A stretch of 45,848 nt of DNA from an uncultured Gammaproteobacteria bacterium (lineage in GTDB: Bacteria > Patescibacteriota > Microgenomatia > UBA12405): assembly GCA_964448705.1 (NCBI GenBank), contig CAYUZS010000002.1, positions 1,729-47,576 on the forward strand, written 5' to 3'. Under the pieces are notes generated by a model that was given only the letters and a program-made list of their open reading frames with translations, was not told the DNA's origin and did no database searches. This document shows, piece by piece, positions 18,656 to 26,536 of the stretch (position 1 is the first letter of the stretch; each line of letters begins with the position of its first letter). Position numbers and translations under genes: made by a program.

Positions 18656-18730
18656 TGGTGGGCCCTGCGAGGATCGGACTCGCGACCAATTGCTTAAAAG
18701 GCAACTGCTCTACCACTGAGCTAAGGACCC
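18656..18730 (-). tRNA. tRNA-Lys (anticodon TTT), CCA encoded, unusual T loop TCCGATC
   Basis: GGGTCCT/AGGGCCC acceptor, D arm GCTC-AGTGGTA-GAGC, anticodon arm GTTGC-CTTTTAA-GCAAT, T arm GCGAG-TCCGATC-CTCGC, ACCA. Confidence 0.85.
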
Positions 18731-18982
18731 AAATTGTTAAATAAGCGATGTTAAGGTAATCGCGACCAATCCCGATAAATCGGGACTGCTCTACCACTGA
18801 GCTAAGGACCCAAATTGTTAAATAAGCGATGTTAAGGTAATCGCGACCAATCCCGATAAATCGGGACTGCTCTACCACTGAGCTAAGGACCCAAATTGTT
18901 AAATAAGCGATGTTAAGGTAATCGCGACCAATCCCGATAAATCGGGACTGCTCTACCACTGAGCTAAGGACCCAAATTGTTA
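18731..18982 (-). repeat. three perfect 81-bp tandem units, each carrying a truncated tRNA-Lys 5' fragment with a palindromic replacement of the anticodon arm
   Basis: Unit 5' ends are at 18973, 18892 and 18811 (minus sense). The units are identical base for base. Each has GGGTCCTTAGCTCAGTGGTAGAGCAG, then TCCCGATTTATCGGGA, then TTGGTCGCGA, then a 29-nt spacer. Confidence 0.9.
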
Positions 18983-18994
18983 GTTCGTTCCTGT

Positions 18995-19309
18995 TTATAG
19001 GGTTTTTTTAGTTTTGGAGTTACGGACGTAATAGAGTTTGGAACGACGAATTTTGGATTTTGGAGAACGAAGTTTTTTAATACTTTCGATCCATGGAGAA
19101 TCAATAGTAAAGATTCTTTCAACTTTAATTCCATCGGCGGCATCTTTACGGATAATGATGCTTTTATTGCTACCTTTTCCCTGAACAGCCAAAAGAATAC
19201 CATCGAAAGCTTGAATTCTTTCTTTGTCTTTTTCTTTGATCTTATAATTAATTTTAAGGGTATCACCAACGGTATATTCGTGATCCTGGTGCGTAAATTT
19301 GAGTGACAT
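18995..19309 (-). CDS. rplS: 50S ribosomal protein L19
   Basis: 104 aa. ERIQAFDGILLAV...IRK...GIKVERIF...SPWIESI...RRSKLYYVR matches the L19 consensus. Confidence 0.9.
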   Translation of the reverse strand: MSLKFTHQDHEYTVGDTLKINYKIKEKDKERIQAFDGILLAVQGKGSNKSIIIRKDAADGIKVERIFTIDSPWIESIKKLRSPKSKIRRSKLYYVRNSKTKKTL

Positions 19310-19401
19310 AGTTAATTATTTAATAATGAATTATTCTATCAGAAACTTTGGTATTTTATATTAACTAGCTTCAGTTATCAACCTGTAGATTATTTTGATT
19401 A

Positions 19402-19430
19402 TTGACAATAAATAGAGTTGGAATTATTAT
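19402..19430 (+). promoter_or_regulatory. promoter TTGACA-17 nt-TATTAT
   Basis: -35 at 19402-19407 and -10 at 19425-19430. Drives the short hairpin-rich transcript below. Confidence 0.45.
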
Positions 19431-19436
19431 AAGCCA

Positions 19437-19531
19437 AGATGAGTATTCAGTACACATTCGGTCCGCCGAGCAGCGGATCTTTTTTAAAAGGAATTTTGAC
19501 TAACAGGTCCCGCATGGCGGGGCTTTTTTTT
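19437..19531 (+). ncRNA. candidate ~95-nt small RNA or 5' leader ending in two tandem intrinsic terminators
   Basis: Hairpin GTCCGC-CGAGCA-GCGGAT plus CTTTTTT (19461-19485) and hairpin GTCCCGC-ATG-GCGGGGC plus T8 (19507-19531). No match to an RNA family I know. Confidence 0.35.
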
Positions 19532-19573
19532 ACTTAAAATTTATTTTTTTAAAAAAGGAGGTGAGAATTTAAA

Positions 19574-19762
19574 GTGACTGAAAAAAAAGAAAAACTGCCA
19601 AAAACTGCTTTAGAGTTATTGGTTGGAGTACCTATTTATGGTGGTCCTACCGGAGGAAACTCGCTGAGAAGAAAAAATTTTATTAGTGTGCCAAATTTGC
19701 CACCGGAAGGAGGATATAAAAGTAATGAGTCTCAGGATGTACCACAGACAAATGGACAATAA
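19574..19762 (+). CDS. hypothetical 62-aa protein
   Basis: GTG start preceded by the strongest SD in the window (AAGGAGGTGA, 9-nt spacing). Gly/Pro-rich, no motif. Confidence 0.45.
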   Translation: MTEKKEKLPKTALELLVGVPIYGGPTGGNSLRRKNFISVPNLPPEGGYKSNESQDVPQTNGQ

Positions 19763-19769
19763 ATTGTAA

Positions 19770-19806
19770 TTGATTAACCTTACGGATCCGAGGTTAATCA
19801 ACTTTT
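19770..19806 (+). terminator. 11-bp perfect hairpin TTGATTAACCT-N10-AGGTTAATCAA plus CTTTT between convergent genes
   Basis: Read directly. The 3' arm contains the dnaE stop codon (19794-19796). Confidence 0.45.
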
Positions 19807-22800
19807 AAAATAGAATCTATTTGTTTTTGCAGGTCTTTATTGTAGCGGACTCCGTATGGGATAGCGATGTTTTTGCCGTTAGAAAAGGCAATAAGGCCGC
19901 GATGGCCATTAGGATTATTTTTAAGGAGATTGTTTAGTTTCATGAGTTTACTTTGAGTGGTTTGAGGCGGAACTTCGATGACGAAATCGTATTTATTGAT
20001 ATTATCCGGGAGTTTTTCAGAGACAAGATCAATCAGAATGGAGATTTGATCATCACGTAAAGAAACTTTGCCTTCAAAATAGAGAGGTTGGTTTTCGTTT
20101 AAAAGAGAATCAAAAGTTTCGTAAGCTTTTGGAAAAATGACAGCTTCGATCTGTTGGGACTGATCTTCAAGTACAAGAAAAGCCATTTGAGAATTATCTT
20201 TTTTGGTGCGAATATTTTTTTTCTTGTTAATGACAGCTACAAATTTAACTAATTCGTTAGCTTTTTTTTTAGAAATTTCTTCAAGAGTCGGCAGCGATGC
20301 CTCCTGAAAAGGCTTGAGCATTTTACTAATTGGATTTTCAGTGACGTAAATTCCAAGAAGAAGTTTTTCCTGTGAAAGTCTTTCTTTTTCCGGCATTGGT
20401 TCGACCGGGGGAAAATTATCAATTGGAACAGTGGCTTTGTTTTGTGATTCGTCATTATCAAACAAACTTGACTGCCCATTATTTTTTTTGTTGTTGATGT
20501 TTTGGGCTTGGGTACGAATTTCATCAAGAGCAGAGAGGATGGCATTTCTTTCTCCAAATTGATCGAAAGCACCAACCTTTATGAGACTTTCAAGCACCCG
20601 TTTATTAACCTTTTGACCGTTTACCCGAAAACAAAAATCAGTGAAACTTTGGAAAGGACCATTCTCGGAACGTTCGATAATGATATTTTCAATGGCGGCA
20701 TCACCGACATTTTTGATAGCATCAAAACCAACACGGATAGCCATATTTTCCAAAGAATCTTTGTTATCTTCAATTTCAAATCCCTTTTGAGAGAGATTGA
20801 TATCGGGAGGTGAAACAGTGATTTTCATTTTGCGGCATTCTTCGATGCCGTCACTGACCTTTTCGATATCATCAGCTTCGGCGGTAAGCAAGGCACACAT
20901 ATATTCCACCGGATAATTAGCTTTCATGTAGGCAGTACGATAGGCCAACATACCATAGGAGGCAGCGTGAGCTTTGTTAAAACCGTAAGATGTAAATGGT
21001 TGGATATAACTGAAAATTTCCTCAGCTTTTTTTTGAGTATAACCGTTGTCAATACAGCCCTGAATAAATTTCTCTTTTTGGGCGGCCATTTCTTCGGGAA
21101 TTTTTTTACCGATGGCTTTTCTAAATTTGTCGACTTCTACCCAGTTGTATCCGGCTAATTCGATAGCGGTGTATAAACAGTCATCCTGGTAGACGAGAAG
21201 TCCATACGATTTTTGAAGATATTTTTCCATTTTCGGATCAAAATAAGAAATTTTTGAGGCATCATTTTTTCTGGCAATATATTCGGGAATCATGGCCATA
21301 GGTCCGGGACGATAAAGGGCCACCATGGCCATAATGTCGTCAACTCTGGTTGGTTTTAGTTCTTTGAGCCATTTGGTCATCCCCTCTCCGGAAAGTTGGA
21401 AAACGCCCATAGTGTCGCCTCTGGAAAGCATGCTAAAAGTTTTTTTGTCATCCAGAGGGAGTTTGCGAAGATTGATATCGATATTTTTAGTTTTACGGAC
21501 ATTTAAAACTGCCTGTCCTAAAAATGATAGATTACGGATTCCTAAGATATCAAATTTTATAAGACCAACATCCTCAGCGGCATGCATTTCGTATTGAGTA
21601 ATCATTTTGTCGCCACCGGTTTCTATCTGAGTCGGGGAAAAATCGTTGATAGTGGTTGGGGAAATGACGATGGCACAGGCGTGAACAGAAATGTGACGGG
21701 CACAGCCTTCAATCATTTTGGCGGTGGTTAGAATTTTTTTGGCATCCGGATCGGTTTCATATAAGTTTTTTAATTCCTGAGTGGTGTCTATGGCTTTATC
21801 GATAGACATGGGAAAACCTTGAGAACCAAGAGGGATAAGTTTACTGACTTTATCGCCGATGGCATATTCGTAACCAAGAACCCGGGCGGTGTCACGGACA
21901 GCTCCCCTGGCCATCATCCGGCCAAAAGTGCAGATTTGAGCAAATGCATTTACACCGTATTGTTCGGCAATATGATACAACATTCCCTGTCGTTTATCGT
22001 CGGCGATATCCAGATCGATATCCGGAGGAGAGGGACGGTCCTTATTTAAAAACCTCTCAAAAGGCAGTTGATAAATTAAAGGATCAACGGAAACAACCCC
22101 TAAAACGAAAGAAACAAGCGAACCACCGGCGGATCCTCTGGTGTTGGTCGGAGTGTCGTTCTTTTCACACCAGGAAATAAAATCACGCATGATTAAGAAG
22201 TAGGCGGCATAACCTTTGGTACAGATAACATCAAGCTCGTATTCCAGTCGGTCTTTAACTTCCGGAGAAATACTGCCGTAATGCTCTTTTGCCGACTCAA
22301 AAACCATGTCGCGAAGAGTTTCTTCAGCTGTTTTTCCTTCTGGGAGATTAAATTTTGGAAAATACCATTTTCCAATTTCTATTTCGAGATTACATTTTTC
22401 GGTAATTTTGATGGTGTTTTCTATGGCCTCGGGAAGATCTGCAAATTGGGCGGCCATTTCCTCGGGACTCTTAAGATAAAAGTCGGGAGTTTCGGCCATT
22501 GAGAGGCGGTTGGGAGTATTGATGGTGGTCTGAGTATTGATCATAACCAATACGTCCTGTCCGAAAGCATCTTCTTTTTTAAGATAGTGGGCATCATTGG
22601 TGGCGACGAGAGGAATTCCTAATTCACGACTGATTTTAATCAGTCCTTCGTTGGCAAGATCCTGATCTTTGATTCCGGGGTGGCGTTGGAGTTCCAAATA
22701 ATAATCCTCACCAAAAAGCTGTTGATATTTTTTGGCTGACTCGTAGGCTCCTTTATAGTTGTCACCGACAATTTGAGAAGCAACTTCTCCCTGAAGACAG

Positions 22801-23207
22801 GCACTAAGACATATTAAACCTTGGTGGTATTTTTCCAATACTTCCCAATCAATTCTGGGTTTGTAATAAAAACCTTCCATGTGACCGATAGAAACCATCT
22901 TCATAAGATTTTTATAGCCATCATGATCTTTGGCCAATAAAATCAGGTGGTGAGCTTTTCGATTTAGGGAGGTTTTTTCCAAACGACTACCTAAAGTAGT
23001 ATATAGTTCACAGCCAATGATAGGTTTTATTTCATTTTTATGGCAGGTTTTATAAAACTCAATGGCACCGTACATATTGCCATGATCAGTTATGGCACAG
23101 GCATTGGAACCTTGTTCTTTGATAAGAGCGGTTAGTTTTTTAATTTTCGAAAGTCCGTCGAGAAGGGAATATTCTGTATGAACATGAAGATGAGTAAAAT
23201 CGGACAT
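19794..23207 (-). CDS. dnaE: DNA polymerase III alpha subunit
   Basis: 1137 aa. PHP domain HLHVHTEYSLLDG, polymerase core (GRMMARGAVRD, PDIDLDI), HhH and C-terminal OB-fold region. Confidence 0.9.
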   Translation of the reverse strand: MSDFTHLHVHTEYSLLDGLSKIKKLTALIKEQGSNACAITDHGNMYGAIEFYKTCHKNEIKPIIGCELYTTLGSRLEKTSLNRKAHHLILLAKDHDGYKNLMKMVSIGHMEGFYYKPRIDWEVLEKYHQGLICLSACLQGEVASQIVGDNYKGAYESAKKYQQLFGEDYYLELQRHPGIKDQDLANEGLIKISRELGIPLVATNDAHYLKKEDAFGQDVLVMINTQTTINTPNRLSMAETPDFYLKSPEEMAAQFADLPEAIENTIKITEKCNLEIEIGKWYFPKFNLPEGKTAEETLRDMVFESAKEHYGSISPEVKDRLEYELDVICTKGYAAYFLIMRDFISWCEKNDTPTNTRGSAGGSLVSFVLGVVSVDPLIYQLPFERFLNKDRPSPPDIDLDIADDKRQGMLYHIAEQYGVNAFAQICTFGRMMARGAVRDTARVLGYEYAIGDKVSKLIPLGSQGFPMSIDKAIDTTQELKNLYETDPDAKKILTTAKMIEGCARHISVHACAIVISPTTINDFSPTQIETGGDKMITQYEMHAAEDVGLIKFDILGIRNLSFLGQAVLNVRKTKNIDINLRKLPLDDKKTFSMLSRGDTMGVFQLSGEGMTKWLKELKPTRVDDIMAMVALYRPGPMAMIPEYIARKNDASKISYFDPKMEKYLQKSYGLLVYQDDCLYTAIELAGYNWVEVDKFRKAIGKKIPEEMAAQKEKFIQGCIDNGYTQKKAEEIFSYIQPFTSYGFNKAHAASYGMLAYRTAYMKANYPVEYMCALLTAEADDIEKVSDGIEECRKMKITVSPPDINLSQKGFEIEDNKDSLENMAIRVGFDAIKNVGDAAIENIIIERSENGPFQSFTDFCFRVNGQKVNKRVLESLIKVGAFDQFGERNAILSALDEIRTQAQNINNKKNNGQSSLFDNDESQNKATVPIDNFPPVEPMPEKERLSQEKLLLGIYVTENPISKMLKPFQEASLPTLEEISKKKANELVKFVAVINKKKNIRTKKDNSQMAFLVLEDQSQQIEAVIFPKAYETFDSLLNENQPLYFEGKVSLRDDQISILIDLVSEKLPDNINKYDFVIEVPPQTTQSKLMKLNNLLKNNPNGHRGLIAFSNGKNIAIPYGVRYNKDLQKQIDSILKVD

Positions 23208-23213
23208 GGTTTA

Positions 23214-23242
23214 ATTATCAGTTAATAAATTTGATTTGACAA
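23214..23242 (-). promoter_or_regulatory. dnaE promoter TTGTCA-17 nt-GATAAT, then 6 nt, then ATG (leaderless geometry)
   Basis: Minus strand: -35 at 23242..23237, -10 at 23219..23214, TAAACC, ATG at 23207. Confidence 0.5.
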
Positions 23243-23289
23243 TGGAAATAAACTAAATCAAATCAAGTTGTTCTGACAAAATGCGGTAA

Positions 23290-24183
23290 TTACATCATAG
23301 ATTTCAAGGCTTTGATGCGGTCTTGGATTGGTGGATGGGTAGAAAACATGGAGGCCATCTTGTTTCCGGTAAAAGGATTGTTGATGTAGAGTGAAGCTGT
23401 GGCGGTTGATGCAGTTTTTAAATGATTGGTATCCTGAGAGATTTTTTCAAGGGCACTGATTAGTCCTGATGGCTGGCGGGTAAGCATTACCGAACCGGCA
23501 TCAGCGGTATATTCACGACGACGGGAAATGGCTAATTGAATTAATTGGGCGATAATTGGGGCAAAAATGATAAGAATTAGACCAATAATGGCTAAAATTC
23601 CATTACTGCGTTCACCCTGTTCATTATCAGAGCGACGACTACCAGATAAAAATCTTGATCTACTGGTCATATTGATAAGTATCGATAATGTGCCGATAAG
23701 GATACTAACAATGGTCATCAGAAGAGTGTCGTAGTTGCGAATGTGAGAAAGTTCATGTCCAATGACGCCTTCAAGTTCGGTGCGGTTTAATGTTGAAAGA
23801 AGACCAGTGGTGGCACAGACGACTGCATTTTGTGGATCACGACCGGAGGCGAAGGCATTCATGGCATCGGAATCGATGACATACATTTTCGGAACGGGAA
23901 TTTGGGCAGCAAGAGACAAATTTTCAGTGACAGTGTAAAAATCAAAAAATTCTTTTCGGGAAGCCGGACGGGCATTATTTAAACCAAGGACAATTTTATC
24001 GCCCCAAAAATAACTGGCTCCGGTGCTAAAAAGCGAAAAAATAATAGCTGCCGGCAGCAACTCCTGAGCGTCATAAGCATAGGAAATAGCATATGCAGCG
24101 CCAATAATAAAAGTGATAAAAACTCCGATTATAAATACAGAACGACGTTTGTTACTGGAGATCTGCTCGTAAACATTAATCAT
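23290..24183 (-). CDS. htpX: zinc metalloprotease HtpX (M48)
   Basis: 297 aa. TM helices, HELSHIRNYD (HExxH), C-terminal THPPIQDRI. Confidence 0.85.
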   Translation of the reverse strand: MINVYEQISSNKRRSVFIIGVFITFIIGAAYAISYAYDAQELLPAAIIFSLFSTGASYFWGDKIVLGLNNARPASRKEFFDFYTVTENLSLAAQIPVPKMYVIDSDAMNAFASGRDPQNAVVCATTGLLSTLNRTELEGVIGHELSHIRNYDTLLMTIVSILIGTLSILINMTSRSRFLSGSRRSDNEQGERSNGILAIIGLILIIFAPIIAQLIQLAISRRREYTADAGSVMLTRQPSGLISALEKISQDTNHLKTASTATASLYINNPFTGNKMASMFSTHPPIQDRIKALKSMM

Positions 24184-24237
24184 GGATTTTATCCATCAGA
24201 TTCCTCTTTTTTTAAAAGAGAGAAAGAAAGACTTTAT

Positions 24238-24816
24238 TTAAAAATTAACTTTAGGAGTTTTGGTGTCGGATTCTGAGACGGTAAGATGTTCTCCTGAAAG
24301 CGGGGTATCCAGACCTTTTTGAGGTTTAAATCCCATCATCGGGCCAATCCAAATACCCGGAATGGTGGAAATTTTAGTATTAAAATCTGCGGATAGATCG
24401 ATCATAGTTCGGCGGGCATACATTACTTTATCGGAGGTGTCCCGGAGTTCGTTCATTAAATCACTGACAAGATTGGCAGACTTTATTTCCGGATTGCTTT
24501 CCATGACAACTTTTATGGAACCCAAGACTTTAGAGATTAATTGCTGAGCTTCATCGATTTTGGAGCCGGACTGGTTTTTCATGGCAGAATCAATACTTTT
24601 TCTAGCAGAAGTTAAATCTTCAAAAATAGATTTTTCGTGTTTTAAGTAACCTTTGACCGAGTCGATTAAATTAGGAATAAGCTCTGCCTGGCGTTTGAGC
24701 TGATTGCCAATTTCCTGGATAGAAGCAGTGATTCTGACCTGGGTGGTTTTAAGACCGTTATAAAAAGTAACTAAGTACGCGACAATCAAAAATAAAATTA
24801 CAAGTGAAATAATCAT
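24238..24816 (-). CDS. lemA: LemA family protein
   Basis: 192 aa. N-terminal TM and a typical LemA helical region (YNGL...AELIPNL...ARRTMIDLSADFNT). Confidence 0.8.
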   Translation of the reverse strand: MIISLVILFLIVAYLVTFYNGLKTTQVRITASIQEIGNQLKRQAELIPNLIDSVKGYLKHEKSIFEDLTSARKSIDSAMKNQSGSKIDEAQQLISKVLGSIKVVMESNPEIKSANLVSDLMNELRDTSDKVMYARRTMIDLSADFNTKISTIPGIWIGPMMGFKPQKGLDTPLSGEHLTVSESDTKTPKVNF

Positions 24817-24823
24817 AAAAAGA

Positions 24824-25834
24824 TTATACCATTTTGTATTTTTCCAGTTCTTTCTCCCCTAACCTTTCCTGAGGAGGGATGAAGCGTAAATGGAGAAAAT
24901 TATAAAATTTTTCTTCAGACGAAAATTGATTGATTTTTTCTGTTTTTTGGTCTTTTATTCCATATTCAGAAAGTGAATAACCTAGTTTAAGTGCATGACG
25001 ACGAAGAAGAATATTATGTTGTCGGGAACCGGTAAAATGCTGAAGCAAGGCACCGAAAGATATTGGAGGCTTAACCATCAGATCGACATGGACATCGTGA
25101 AGCAAACGAATTGAGGCTTTATCCTGACCGCGGATGATGGTTTGAACAGAATCCGGATAATTGAGAAAATAATCTAAAATAGGCTGGGAATTATCTGAGG
25201 CGGCGGCGATATCAATATCGCCGATTGTAGCTGACTGCCGCCGTAAAGAACCTAAAGGAATAAATTTAATTGAAGGAAATTGTTTTTGAAGATACGAAAT
25301 TATCTTTGTAGATAATTTTTCGGCCTCTTTTAACGGCATACGGCGATTCCGGCCCAGGAATGAAAGAGTGTTGTCGAGAATTAAAGCTTCTGACTTTTCT
25401 CCAAGGGTGGGAATGGTGCGGATTTTGCCCTTTTGGCAATAGCTGATTAATTGGTCAAGTGCTTTTTCGGGAGATTGGGAAAATTTTAGATTTTGGGTAA
25501 GTTTATAAGCAATAAGGGGTCCAATGCCGTTAATTTTGGTAAAGGTAAAAACAGCAGGATGAAGTGAATTTAAAATTTTTTGAGTCGGAGGATAAATTTC
25601 TTGGTTTTTGAATAAATAGTCAATTTTTTTGAGGATGGCCGGGCCGATATTGGGTACTTCATCGATCAGTTTTGGATCTTTTTGCCAAAGTTCATATAGA
25701 GATTTAGGATAGGTAAGAATGGTGTCGGCAGCGTTTTGATAGGCAATAATCCGAAAACGATTTTTCTTTTTGATTTCATAGGCAGTAGCGATGTTGGTAA
25801 GAAATTCAGAAACATAAGCATTTGTATAGTTCAC
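24824..25834 (-). CDS. family X DNA polymerase (Pol beta-like core, no PHP domain)
   Basis: 336 aa. HhH motifs (GIGPLIAYKL), nucleotidyltransferase motif GSLRRQSATIGDIDIAAAS. GTG start. Confidence 0.7.
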   Translation of the reverse strand: MNYTNAYVSEFLTNIATAYEIKKKNRFRIIAYQNAADTILTYPKSLYELWQKDPKLIDEVPNIGPAILKKIDYLFKNQEIYPPTQKILNSLHPAVFTFTKINGIGPLIAYKLTQNLKFSQSPEKALDQLISYCQKGKIRTIPTLGEKSEALILDNTLSFLGRNRRMPLKEAEKLSTKIISYLQKQFPSIKFIPLGSLRRQSATIGDIDIAAASDNSQPILDYFLNYPDSVQTIIRGQDKASIRLLHDVHVDLMVKPPISFGALLQHFTGSRQHNILLRRHALKLGYSLSEYGIKDQKTEKINQFSSEEKFYNFLHLRFIPPQERLGEKELEKYKMV

Positions 25835-25882
25835 ATCTAGATTATAATACTGTTTTTTGGTATATTACCAAAGCCGTTGTAT

Positions 25883-25956
25883 GGGTCCATGGTGCAGCGG
25901 TCTAGCACATCCGCCTGTCACGCGGAAGATCGTGGGTTCGAATCCCATTGGACCCG
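25883..25956 (+). tRNA. tRNA-Asp (anticodon GTC)
   Basis: GGGTCCA/TGGACCC acceptor, anticodon loop CTGTCAC, T arm GTGGG-TTCGAAT-CCCAT, discriminator G. Confidence 0.9.
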
Positions 25957-26003
25957 CCTTCGACTCGCTGAAGCTCGTCTTCGGCGAGGTAAACCCGCTT
26001 TTG

Positions 26004-26028
26004 AAAATCCGCTATTGGCGGATTTTTT
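26004..26028 (+). terminator. intrinsic terminator AAATCCGC-TATTG-GCGGATTT plus T run
   Basis: Read directly, 48 nt downstream of tRNA-Asp. Preceded by a GC-rich 10-bp hairpin at 25964-25988. Confidence 0.6.
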
Positions 26029-26044
26029 GATATCATATTGCTAT

Positions 26045-26437
26045 ATGAATATTAAGTTTGACGAATTTTTTAAGAAATGTGATAAAAATGAGCCTGTTTC
26101 AGAAACGGTATTAAAAGAACTAAACAATAGACTTCCAAAGAGTTATTTTGATTTCCTTAAGTTTAGTAATGGTGTTGAGGGAGAGGTTAGTAACGGTTCT
26201 TATTTGCAATTATGGAAGGCCGAAGAATTGGATGAATTGAATAAAAGTTACCAAGCTAATGAATTTGTCCCTGGAATGTTTTTAATTGGAGGAGATGGAG
26301 GTAATGAAGCTATTGGAATTGATTTGCGAAAAGATGGAGATTCATATCAGAAGTTTTTTAGGGTTCCCTTTATTTCTCTTGAGTGGCAAGAAGCCATTGA
26401 GCTGGGTTCTGAGGTTACGGATATAAAGATCGTCTAA
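26045..26437 (+). CDS. SMI1/KNR4 (SUKH-1) family protein
   Basis: 130 aa. LPKSYFDFLKFSNG...LQLW...FLIGGDGGNEAIGID matches the SMI1_KNR4 pattern. Start trimmed, because the ORF-track N-terminus reads through tRNA-Asp. Confidence 0.6.
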   Translation: MNIKFDEFFKKCDKNEPVSETVLKELNNRLPKSYFDFLKFSNGVEGEVSNGSYLQLWKAEELDELNKSYQANEFVPGMFLIGGDGGNEAIGIDLRKDGDSYQKFFRVPFISLEWQEAIELGSEVTDIKIV

Positions 26438-26536
26438 TACTGGTGTTGGTAATAGTTGCTGATGTAGTCCGCTAGACAAAAGAATGTATATAGAAAATTT
26501 TGTTTACAGTCTTACAGATATTTGTTAGCATTGCTT

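Noticed and set aside
18633-18959. 108-aa ORF with a 27-aa unit (VEQSRFIGIGRDYLNIAYLTIWVLSSV) repeated almost four times
   Set aside because: It is the in-frame translation of the 81-bp tRNA-fragment repeats (81 = 27 codons) and overlaps the intact tRNA-Lys. It has no independent coding evidence. The same MVEQSRFIGIGR string at the N-terminus of the lgt ORF-track ORF (18338-18400) is likewise tRNA-like sequence.
18731-18982. Possible CRISPR array (regular direct repeats)
   Set aside because: The whole 81-bp unit repeats, including the 'spacer'. There are no variable spacers and no cas genes, and the repeats are recognisable tRNA fragments.
18964-19269. 101-aa ORF overlapping rplS in another frame
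   Set aside because: The overlapping frame (18995..19309) has the unmistakable L19 sequence, and the alternative frame has no features.
19461-19531. Guanidine-II (mini-ykkC) riboswitch, because of two similar tandem hairpins
   Set aside because: The loops are CGAGCA and ATG rather than the conserved ACGR tetraloops, and each hairpin carries its own U run like a plain terminator.
25877-26044. N-terminal 56 codons of ORF 25877..26437
   Set aside because: They cover tRNA-Asp, a hairpin and an intrinsic terminator. The real SMI1/KNR4 CDS starts at ATG 26045.
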